From an uncultured Fibrobacter sp. (GTDB taxonomy: Bacteria; Fibrobacterota; Fibrobacteria; Fibrobacterales; Fibrobacteraceae), in the NCBI RefSeq assembly GCF_937877005.1, contig NZ_CALEFV010000051.1, positions 1 through 60,481 of the forward strand: a stretch of DNA of 60,481 nt. Direction: 5' to 3'. Positions 49,771-57,775 of this stretch are shown here, in pieces. Positions within the stretch are counted from its first letter, which is position 1. Every line of letters starts with the position of its first letter. A program made the position numbers and the translations under genes. The notes beneath the pieces are model-generated. The model did not search any database. It was not told where the DNA came from and was given only the letters and a program-made list of their open reading frames with translations.

Positions 49771-51600
49771 TTACTTTGTATATACCCTGATTCTTGACGC
49801 GCGGTTCTTCAATGCACCCGCAGAACGCCCGTTCACCAGGAAGTTCCGGCCACCGTTACGGAGCGTATTGCTGCGCACAGGGATCCGCTGGAGCACCGTC
49901 GTGCCGCTGTCGCCCACCGCCGAGTCGCCGGGATTGACAGGAACCACCGCGTTTTTATCCACGAACTCGATGCGGTCGATATTCGGGCCGCCATCCTTCG
50001 TGAGCGAGGCAATAGTGATGGCGCTTGCACCCGCAGGCAACCTGAGCGTCACCACGCTAGAATCCCACGATTCCCAGGCACCCGTCGATTCGAAGTCCAC
50101 CGATTCCACCTGCACCTTGCCATTCACCGCAACACTTACCGGGCGGTTTGCCGTAGAGCCGTTCGCAAAGACAATCTTCACGTCCTTATCGCCCTCGTCG
50201 GCAGCAACCACGGAAAGCGTCACCGAAGACCCCTCCTCGTTATCGAGATTCGCGTAGCCCTTGCCCGAAAAGCCCTCGTGCGTCGATTCAAGAACCGTCT
50301 TGTTGAACACGCCGTTTTCCGCCTCGTACTTGAGCGAATCCTTACCCACGAACTTGAAGGTCGCGCCCAGGTTCACATCCTTGTCGAGACTTGCCACCGT
50401 GTATTCCTTGCCGTTACCCGTATTGTCGCCGGTCCACGCCACGAATTCCCAACCCTCCTGCGGAACGGCCGTAAAGGTCACCTTGCTCCCTTCGGCAATT
50501 TCACTACCCTCGATGCTCTGCGCAATCGAGCCGCCGTAAGCGACCGTCGTCTTCACGTTGTACTTCTTTACGGCCTTGCCGTTCTGCACCCAGTCCGGGA
50601 GCGTCGCGTTATATTTTTTCGCGATATCGCGCAGTTCCCTAAGGCGCGCATTCGCCGTATATTTCTGTCCGTCGCGATCGAACATCGGTTTTTTGCTGTA
50701 GCGGGTCGGCTCCCACACGAAGGTTCCCCAGCCCAGGTCGCCAAATTCATAGAACACCGAGTTCACGAGGGCCGTGCGTTCGCCCGTATATTCGCAGCTC
50801 AGCACCGCCTTCTTGTTCTTGACCACGAGCCCGAACATATCGCGCCAATCCTGCCCGTTGTTCGTGGTGCCGTAGGTGGAACCGCAAATGGCATCGTAGT
50901 CGATGTTCGCGTGAATCTTGTTGTACCAATCCGCGAAGCCCTTCTCGGGGCGCGGCTGACCATGCTGCATCACAATCTTGATAGAAGGATCCGTCTCGCG
51001 CACCGCACGCACACCCGAATTGATGATGTTCGCGAAGTCCGCCGTCTTGCTCAGCGAAACGCCCGCCACCCTCGAGTTGATTTCATTACCCACCTGCACC
51101 ATGTCGGGGCGAAGTCCCGCCTTCATGAGCGCATCCATGGTCGTCTTCACGTGGTTATAGGCGAGCTTGCCCATCTCGGCATTGCTCTTGCCCGCCCAAG
51201 AGGCCGGAACATCCTGGTGGCCGATGGAGGCCCACGTGTCGCTCATGTGGAAATCCAGGAAGAATCCCATGTTGTGCGCCTTGATGCGCTTCGCAAGCGC
51301 AATGGTATGTTCCAGATCGCACCAGCACACGTTGGAATTTGCGCCGGAGTAGCTGTTCTTCGCGTAGCCGATGCACGAATTCACGAAGGTGCGCACGCGG
51401 ATAAAGTTGATTCCGTGGTTCTGCAGGATATCAAAAAGGTCCTGCTGCTTGCCGTTATCGTAGTATTTTGCCCCCAGCGACTCGTCTTCGAGCACCCACG
51501 AGACATCGACACCCACGATATACGGGCGCGCAAGCGCCGCAACCGCCACGGCACCCAGAACCAGCACCGTTTTCCTGATGACTTTTCCCAATCCAAACAT
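49771..51600 (-). CDS. GH53 endo-beta-1,4-galactanase with B-repeat and CBM35-like module
   Basis: GVDVSW, G.NFIRVR.FV, LDFHMSDTWA..G.Q..P.SW, MVQVGNE, FVWEP. Confidence 0.92.
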   Translation of the reverse strand: MFGLGKVIRKTVLVLGAVAVAALARPYIVGVDVSWVLEDESLGAKYYDNGKQQDLFDILQNHGINFIRVRTFVNSCIGYAKNSYSGANSNVCWCDLEHTIALAKRIKAHNMGFFLDFHMSDTWASIGHQDVPASWAGKSNAEMGKLAYNHVKTTMDALMKAGLRPDMVQVGNEINSRVAGVSLSKTADFANIINSGVRAVRETDPSIKIVMQHGQPRPEKGFADWYNKIHANIDYDAICGSTYGTTNNGQDWRDMFGLVVKNKKAVLSCEYTGERTALVNSVFYEFGDLGWGTFVWEPTRYSKKPMFDRDGQKYTANARLRELRDIAKKYNATLPDWVQNGKAVKKYNVKTTVAYGGSIAQSIEGSEIAEGSKVTFTAVPQEGWEFVAWTGDNTGNGKEYTVASLDKDVNLGATFKFVGKDSLKYEAENGVFNKTVLESTHEGFSGKGYANLDNEEGSSVTLSVVAADEGDKDVKIVFANGSTANRPVSVAVNGKVQVESVDFESTGAWESWDSSVVTLRLPAGASAITIASLTKDGGPNIDRIEFVDKNAVVPVNPGDSAVGDSGTTVLQRIPVRSNTLRNGGRNFLVNGRSAGALKNRASRIRVYTK

Positions 51601-51659
51601 CCTTCACTCCTTTGATTTTAGTTTATCGCTATTTTGTTTACGCCTTTTTCAAACTTTGT

Positions 51660-51723
51660 TGTACTATAAATTGTACTATAATTTTCTATAAATATAACTC
51701 TTTTTACTACAAAGCGTACTATA
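51660..51723 (-). promoter_or_regulatory. Two direct-repeat operator candidates flanking a TATATT -10 element
   Basis: Minus strand: TATAGTACG-ctt-TGTAGTAAA (51703-51723), TATATT (51691-51696), TATAGTACA-att-TATAGTACA (51660-51680). Confidence 0.72.
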
Positions 51724-51759
51724 ATTTTTGAAAAATTTTAAAATTGGCGATTTTGGGCG

Positions 51760-51787
51760 AAAAACGGGCCCACAGGGGCCGGTTTTT
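51760..51787 (-). terminator. Probable terminator after yhcG-like gene
   Basis: aaaaacgggcc...ggccggttttt imperfect stem. Confidence 0.5.
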
Positions 51788-51805
51788 GCTGTTTTAGGTC
51801 GTTTT

Positions 51806-52948
51806 TTACAGTCCCATCTCCTTCACTTCCTTAATCAAGAAGTTTTCCAACTGTTCACGGTCGGGAAGCCGCAACTTGTATGTCGAGACAAACAGTTTCT
51901 CGTCCATGCCGTTTAATACATATTGGACCATTTTCGGTCCTTTTTCCGTACAGAGCAAAATCCCGATCGGGGGATTATCCCCGTCCGCCATCTCGCAATC
52001 CTTGAAATAAGAGATGTAGGCATTCAGTTGAGCAGCGTGTTCAATGCGGAATTTGCCAACCTTCAACTCCACGATTACATTGCAGTGCAGCAGACGGTTA
52101 TAAAGCACCAAATCGATAAAATAATACTCGTCATCTATGATAATGCGCTTTTGCCGAGCCTCGAAGCAGAACCCTTTGCCCATCTCCAACAGGAACTCCT
52201 GCAAATGGTCCATGATAGCCTGCTCCAATTCGGTTTCGGAGAACGCATCCTTGGCATCCAGGTCTAAAAAGTCGAGAGTATACGCGTCCTTGACCGACAA
52301 AACGGCATCAGTTCCGCCCTTTTCCACCCTTTGCAGCAACAGTTCCGGCTTTTTGCTGATTCCGCTCCTGAAATAGAGTTTCGTGTCGATTTGCCGACGA
52401 AGTTCTCGCACGCTCCATGTGCCTTTGATACATTCAAGTTCATAGAAGAACCTCTCCATAGGGTCGTCAATGGTCATTATTTCTTTAATATGCGAGAATG
52501 AAAGCCGACTGACAAGCAATTCCGGCGGCGTTTGGAATTTGCGAGACACTGTCTCGCAAATTGCCTCCCTGATTTTTTTCTTAATAACAACCAAATTTTC
52601 GGGAAAATAGTCTATTCCCTGCAATTTGTGCGACACCGTCGCACAAATCTGTGGATATTTCACGTAAAACATCCTGCATGCGTTCAACAACTGACGGTCA
52701 AGCCCCTTGATGGACAGTTCGTCGGCCAAATTTTGCAATAACCGAGCCCCGTATTTGGCGCGGTCGCACCCCTCTTGCTCATATTCGACTATATAGCAGC
52801 CGATAGCCCAATTTCGTATAGTCAGAAGCTGGTTTACGGCACCCTTGGCTACGGAACTTGTCGCATTATGGACGTCTTTTACCCGTTCCGCAAGGATTTC
52901 AAAAGTTGTTCCGTCGGCCTTACTGATAGGCGGTTCACGCTTATTCAT
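51806..52948 (-). CDS. YhcG/DUF1016 family PD-(D/E)XK nuclease-like protein
   Basis: RNWAIG.YIVEYEQ.G.DRAKYG, LSFSH, WSVREL.RQI, IDLVLYNRLL...VELK, PIGILLC. Confidence 0.92.
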   Translation of the reverse strand: MNKREPPISKADGTTFEILAERVKDVHNATSSVAKGAVNQLLTIRNWAIGCYIVEYEQEGCDRAKYGARLLQNLADELSIKGLDRQLLNACRMFYVKYPQICATVSHKLQGIDYFPENLVVIKKKIREAICETVSRKFQTPPELLVSRLSFSHIKEIMTIDDPMERFFYELECIKGTWSVRELRRQIDTKLYFRSGISKKPELLLQRVEKGGTDAVLSVKDAYTLDFLDLDAKDAFSETELEQAIMDHLQEFLLEMGKGFCFEARQKRIIIDDEYYFIDLVLYNRLLHCNVIVELKVGKFRIEHAAQLNAYISYFKDCEMADGDNPPIGILLCTEKGPKMVQYVLNGMDEKLFVSTYKLRLPDREQLENFLIKEVKEMGL

Positions 52949-53004
52949 CTTCTACTCCTTCCGCCTACAAGCAAAAAAAGGCGGGGTAAAGTGTTCTCGA
53001 TACA

Positions 53005-53036
53005 AATATACATTCCCCGGATGTCACATTATGACA
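53005..53036 (-). promoter_or_regulatory. Palindrome TGTCA-N5-TGACA 11 bp upstream of a TATATT -10 element
   Basis: tgtcacattatgaca at 53022-53036; aatata at 53005-53010. Confidence 0.55.
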
Positions 53037-53119
53037 ATCGTCGAAATTCGCGGAAATTTTGAGAATTTTGACGCCCCCCCCCGCAGGCGGTTGAAATCTG
53101 CATTGTCACCTTGTAATGC

Positions 53120-54082
53120 CTAGCTTTCTTTTTCTGCCTGAATCTTCTGCGATTCCTTCAACACTTCGTCCAACGTGAAATCTTCCTGCGTAAAGAAAAA
53201 CGTATTCTTGCCCAAATCCTTGAGCGAAGCCCCGAAGTGGTAGGCCGTATCGTCTATGAACAAGAATCGGTCGTGCATTCCGTAACTGGGCAGAACTTGC
53301 ATAGGGCTGTCTGGATATTGTTCGTTGTAAGTTGCCAGGTCTAACTCGAGAACCTTGCTCTTGTCGTAGGTGTAAATAGTCACGGAAACGCCTTTTTCCC
53401 GCTTGAGCATCATCGTCAAGGTTTTCTCGTTTACATATCTATCGACCAGCACAATTCTCTTTTTGGCTTGACGAATGAGGTTGCAGACAAATACATAGGC
53501 ATCGAACTCCTGGTTGTTGTAAAATAAGCCCTTAGATTTAAGCTCGCCACGGTCCATCGCCTCGAAAAGTTCGTCAAATTTACGGTCGTGGTCAAGCAGA
53601 TGTTCGTCATGACCAGTCAAGCGGCTGTCCTGTTCCAAATCCTTCGCTTCGACATTAGAAAGGCGATTGACAATTCCGCCATTTTGATATAAATACTGCC
53701 GCATGGCGACAAACGCATCCATGATTGCGATGGATACATTCACGGCAACCTTGCTTTTCAGGACGGATGAAAGCATGGCAAAGCCCTGTTCTGTAAAAAC
53801 ATAGGGCTTAAACCTGTCTCCGCCCCAACTTGAAATCACATTTTGTGATTTCAAGTTGTCTAATTCACTTTTTTCCAATTGGAAACAATATCTGTCAGGG
53901 AAACGTTCTATATTTCGCTTGACGGCCTGATTTATCGCCCTAGTTTCAACACCGTATAATGTTGCAATATCGCGGTCCAGCAGCACCTGCTTGCCACGAA
54001 CAACCCGAATCATCTTTTCTACATCCAACTCCATAAGCGGGTTAGGTGCGAGATTATCCGTTTTTTCGGTCTTTTTAGCCAT
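53120..54082 (-). CDS. ORF6N domain DNA-binding protein with C-terminal PLD-like domain
   Basis: RGKQVLLDRDIATLYGVETRAINQAVKRNIERFP, PYVFTEQG.AMLSSVL; HDRFLFIDD..YHFGASLKDLG. Confidence 0.9.
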   Translation of the reverse strand: MAKKTEKTDNLAPNPLMELDVEKMIRVVRGKQVLLDRDIATLYGVETRAINQAVKRNIERFPDRYCFQLEKSELDNLKSQNVISSWGGDRFKPYVFTEQGFAMLSSVLKSKVAVNVSIAIMDAFVAMRQYLYQNGGIVNRLSNVEAKDLEQDSRLTGHDEHLLDHDRKFDELFEAMDRGELKSKGLFYNNQEFDAYVFVCNLIRQAKKRIVLVDRYVNEKTLTMMLKREKGVSVTIYTYDKSKVLELDLATYNEQYPDSPMQVLPSYGMHDRFLFIDDTAYHFGASLKDLGKNTFFFTQEDFTLDEVLKESQKIQAEKES

Positions 54083-54103
54083 CTTCTACTCCTATAAACG
54101 CAA

Positions 54104-54169
54104 AAAAGCCGACCTTTGCTATATAAGAACGCCCAATTTTATTGGGGATATAACAAAAAGTCGGCTTTT
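54104..54169 (-). other. Long hairpin in the 5' leader of the ORF6N gene
   Basis: aaaagccgac...cccaat-ttt-attggg...gtcggctttt nested inverted repeat between TATATT (54224-54229) and the RBS. Confidence 0.6.
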
Positions 54170-54312
54170 CTAGTCGAACTTGGCTTGCAAGCGGATATTC
54201 GCTGCCGGTGCCTGTCATGGTGCAATATACAAAAAGCTGAGTAAAAAAAGGCAAGGGAACTCCCTTTTTGTCATCTTTTGCCATTCCAAAAATCTATATT
54301 TCAAGGCAAATA

Positions 54313-54643
54313 GAGTTTTCTCTTGTTCTCTACTTGAAACTTCGACAATTTCTGCAACGAGAACAAGGCGACGCTCACGTCTGCGACCGGCGCAAGCCTG
54401 CCGCATCGTTTTGGTACATGCATATTTTGTAAATCTGCCTGTAGGCAAACGGCCATTTGGGGCGTGAGTTGTTTGCGTTTATTCGTTGCGGGCAGTCGAA
54501 GGCCTCAAGTAGGTAAATGCATTCAACTCCACGCCTTTTTTATTTCCCAAAAAGACTGAAGAAATGCAGAACAGGGGTGGACTCGCTGAGTTTTGCTCTT
54601 GTCCTCTACTTGGAACTTCGACACTTTCAGCAACGAGAATAAG
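54313..54643. repeat. Two imperfect direct repeats (54313-54367 and 54588-54643), each forming a hairpin
   Basis: Manual alignment gives 5 substitutions and 1 indel over 56 columns; each copy is closed by cttgttctc/gagaacaag-type arms. Confidence 0.85.
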
Positions 54644-54725
54644 ACAATAACTCGCCATCGCCCGTGGATTGCATGGGCGTAGTGTACCCTGGGCGTACTG
54701 TATCCGCTCGGGCTTGTTTTGCAAC

Positions 54726-54758
54726 GTCATTGCGAACCCTGAAAGGGTGAAGCAATCC
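54726..54758. repeat. REP-like palindromic element of the GTCATTGCGA...GCAATC type
   Basis: gtcattgcgaaccctgaaagggtgaagcaatcc. Confidence 0.7.
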
Positions 54759-54810
54759 ATTGCAAGATTATGCGGGTGTATTGTATTCTTTTGAAAATGT
54801 CGCGCTTTTA

Positions 54811-54846
54811 GGCGGGGAGTGAGTCGGCTCCCCGCCGTTCTTTTTT
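54811..54846 (+). terminator. Strong intrinsic terminator about 80 bp upstream of the methyltransferase
   Basis: ggcggggag...ctccccgcc followed by gttctttttt. Confidence 0.7.
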
Positions 54847-54926
54847 GCCCGCACCCCGGCCAAGCGAATCGGCCAGAACCGCTTCCGCGAGAGTGAACTC
54901 GTTCACTTTCAACACGGAGCGAAAAG

Positions 54927-56015
54927 ATGCCGAGTAAAAAGGTTGTCAAGGACGATAAAAGCAAACCGAAGTTCAAGTTCATCGATTTGTTTGCTGGTAT
55001 CGGAGGATTTCACTTAGCAATGGAATCTGTTGGCGGTGAATGCGTCTTTGCGAGTGAAATAGATAAATTCGCTCGACAAACTTATCAAACAAATTTTGAA
55101 CGAAAATCTCCTGAACTGTTCAGCTTAGGAATGTTCAACGAAGATATAAATAAAATCGCTCCTAAAGATATACCAGACTTTGACTGCTTGTGTGCGGGAT
55201 TTCCTTGTCAGCCTTTTAGCTACGCTGGACAAAAAAAGGGCTTTGAAGATAAGACTAGAGGAACTCTTTTCTTCAACATTAAAGAAATATTGAAAGAAAA
55301 GAAACCGAAAATGTTCTTCTTGGAAAATGTCAAGGGACTGGTTTCACATAAAGGGGGTGAAACCGTTAGTACAATTCTTGACATTCTTGAAAATGAACTT
55401 GGTTATCATGTATTTTCAACTGTTTTGTCGTCTCTAGATTTTGGACTACCACAAAAAAGAGAACGTTGGTACTGCGTTGGTTTTCGCGAAGATGTGAATT
55501 TTGATTTTCCTAAGCCTTTAAACAAAAAAGCTGTATTACGAGACATTGTTGATATTAATAATGATGACCCGACATTGAAATTGACTCAGTTCGAGTTGGA
55601 TCGCATCAAATATCATTTTGAACATGCTAAGGATGAAGTCAGGGTAAAGCACGATAACTCCAAGTATAAGCCAAATACTAAAAAAGGGAAATATGGCATC
55701 TATTCATTCCAAAAGGCTGATGGTTCTTTGAGATTTCATGTTGGCGATCATGCAAAGACGCAGATACAAGAAGCATTCTACTCTTGCTTGGATACATATG
55801 CGTCAACCATAATTGCGAATAGAACGCCAAAACTTTGGGATTTGGGCCGAAAACTATCTGTTAGAGAATCACTTCGTTTACAGGGTTTCCCAGAATCATT
55901 CAAAATGCCTGTTTCCGATATGCAAGCGTTTAAACAACTTGGGAATTCAGTAAGTGTTCCCGTTCTTAAGGCTATTGCAAGGCAAATGCTAAAAGCATTA
56001 GAAGGGGGTAAATAA
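54927..56015 (+). CDS. DNA (cytosine-5)-methyltransferase
   Basis: IDLFAGIGG, AGFPCQPFS, LENVKGL, PQKRER, RLQGFP, KQLGNSV. Confidence 0.97.
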   Translation: MPSKKVVKDDKSKPKFKFIDLFAGIGGFHLAMESVGGECVFASEIDKFARQTYQTNFERKSPELFSLGMFNEDINKIAPKDIPDFDCLCAGFPCQPFSYAGQKKGFEDKTRGTLFFNIKEILKEKKPKMFFLENVKGLVSHKGGETVSTILDILENELGYHVFSTVLSSLDFGLPQKRERWYCVGFREDVNFDFPKPLNKKAVLRDIVDINNDDPTLKLTQFELDRIKYHFEHAKDEVRVKHDNSKYKPNTKKGKYGIYSFQKADGSLRFHVGDHAKTQIQEAFYSCLDTYASTIIANRTPKLWDLGRKLSVRESLRLQGFPESFKMPVSDMQAFKQLGNSVSVPVLKAIARQMLKALEGGK

Positions 56016-57769
56016 TGAGATTGAGCCTACAAACCGTTCAACGGGCTTTTGATGAAATTGCTCAATTGGGAATTGACAATAAATTTTGGGGCGTTCTGAC
56101 AATTGTAAAGAATGTCAAAAAATATTTGAAATTGCCTACATCAATTGGAACCATGAGTCTCATTGTTTGTGATAAAAATGGTGTTCAAAATGATTTAAAA
56201 AATTTCTTTTCTCTTCAAAATACAACAGATAATAATAAACAGGCGAATGATGATGATTGGCTGTTGTTGCGAAAAGATTTTGCTTCTTGGGTTTCTTATG
56301 AGTTACTCGCCAATAAAAGGGTAAATTTTCTTTCTTTGGCTGTATTTTTATTTCGAAATACATCTTTTCAGGAACGACTTACAAGTGATTTATTAATACA
56401 GAAAGTCAAAAGTTTTTTGAATATTCCCAAAGAATGGGAAAAAGATTGGTTTAAAGAAATCGCTTCATTTGATATAGAATATGAAGATTCCTTTAATGAA
56501 TCTTGGAGTTGCGATTTTTCTGTTGGATGGCGTAAATATAAATTTGACAAAACGCATGGTTCTATTGTATTTAAACCATCTAAAGATATTTATTCTGTTG
56601 TTGCAAAACCTGATGAATTAAGTAGAGGGCCTTTTTATCAACCTTTGTATGCCGCTCAAGGAAATGCAATTTTATTTATAAAAAAGGATTTCTTTGAAAA
56701 TGTTGAGGAGATAAAGAAAACTAATGAGGATGTTGGTGAGGTTAAGAAACAGAATAATACAAATTCCATCACCCCCTCTCAAATCATCTACTATGGTGTT
56801 CCGGGGTGTGGAAAGAGCAATAAAATCAGAGAGCAACTGAAGGACGTTCCTGAGAAAAACAAGGTTCGCGTCGTGTTCCACCCGGAATACACCAACGCCG
56901 AGTTCATCGGGCAAATTTTGCCAGTCACAAATGACGGTATTCGCTATGAATTTACACCCGGGCCGTTTACGCAAATTATCAAGCGGGCTTATCTCAATCC
57001 CAACGAACAATTCTACCTGGTTATCGAAGAAATCAACCGCGGTAATGCGGCTGCCATTTTCGGGGACACCTTCCAGTTGTTAGATAGGCTTAAAGCGGGG
57101 GAAACGGACTCTCTCGGCAATGACCCTGCAAATGCTTCTGTAAACACGTTTACAGAAGGCTGGAGTCAGTATTTTGTCCAGAACGATGATGTCAACGCCT
57201 ATATTCGGGGAACTGAAAACAGCATTCAGATTGGGAATATTCGCTTTGATTCGAATACGGCTATCCGCTTGCCGCCTAACCTTTCCATCTTGGCGACAAT
57301 GAACACCAGCGACCAAAATGTGTTCACGTTGGATAATGCCTTCCAGCGTCGTTTTGACATGGAACTAGTCCGCAACGAATTTGACCTCACTAAGCCTGCC
57401 GTCAATGCTCAGTACAACGCAGAAATTGACGATACCGGTATTAAATGGGGGCAATTCTGGGGATGGATCAATGCCAAAATTACGGCCACCCTCAAGGGTC
57501 TTTCCAGCACCGAAGACAAGCGGCTGGGAGTTTGGTTCGTGAGCAACGTGGGCGGTATTATTGACGACAAGGTCTTTGCCGAAAAGGTTTTGAAGTTTCT
57601 GTGGGATGATGTTTTCAAATTCAAGCGTCCGCAAGTATTTGCCGAAGGAATTGATACTCTGGAAAAGTTGATTAACTCCTTTGAAAAACCGTCTGAAGGG
57701 AAAGAACGCTTTGACGTTTTCAAGGACAAGGCGAATCTTGTCGCATTTGTAGCATCGCCAACGCTGTAA
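56015..57769 (+). CDS. McrB-like AAA+ GTPase restriction subunit (R1.LlaJI-like)
   Basis: YGVPGCGKS, FHPEYT..EFIG, IEEINRGN..AIFGD.FQLLDR, TMNTSDQNVFTLDNAFQRRF; TAATG-coupled to the MTase. Confidence 0.93.
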   Translation: MRLSLQTVQRAFDEIAQLGIDNKFWGVLTIVKNVKKYLKLPTSIGTMSLIVCDKNGVQNDLKNFFSLQNTTDNNKQANDDDWLLLRKDFASWVSYELLANKRVNFLSLAVFLFRNTSFQERLTSDLLIQKVKSFLNIPKEWEKDWFKEIASFDIEYEDSFNESWSCDFSVGWRKYKFDKTHGSIVFKPSKDIYSVVAKPDELSRGPFYQPLYAAQGNAILFIKKDFFENVEEIKKTNEDVGEVKKQNNTNSITPSQIIYYGVPGCGKSNKIREQLKDVPEKNKVRVVFHPEYTNAEFIGQILPVTNDGIRYEFTPGPFTQIIKRAYLNPNEQFYLVIEEINRGNAAAIFGDTFQLLDRLKAGETDSLGNDPANASVNTFTEGWSQYFVQNDDVNAYIRGTENSIQIGNIRFDSNTAIRLPPNLSILATMNTSDQNVFTLDNAFQRRFDMELVRNEFDLTKPAVNAQYNAEIDDTGIKWGQFWGWINAKITATLKGLSSTEDKRLGVWFVSNVGGIIDDKVFAEKVLKFLWDDVFKFKRPQVFAEGIDTLEKLINSFEKPSEGKERFDVFKDKANLVAFVASPTL

Positions 57770-57775
57770 TCCTTG

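Noticed and set aside
41109..51615. Several 300-580 aa opposite-strand ORFs
   Set aside because: Each fully overlaps a well-supported CAZyme on the other strand
54313..54643. Possible CRISPR array or integron attC sites
   Set aside because: Only two copies 275 bp apart, no cas or integrase gene, no convincing RYYYAAC/GTTRRRY ends
54215..54982. Small minus-strand ORFs sharing LVAE.VEV.SR.QE peptides
   Set aside because: Similarity is explained by the DNA repeat; no RBS, and the ORFs run through hairpins and the MTase start
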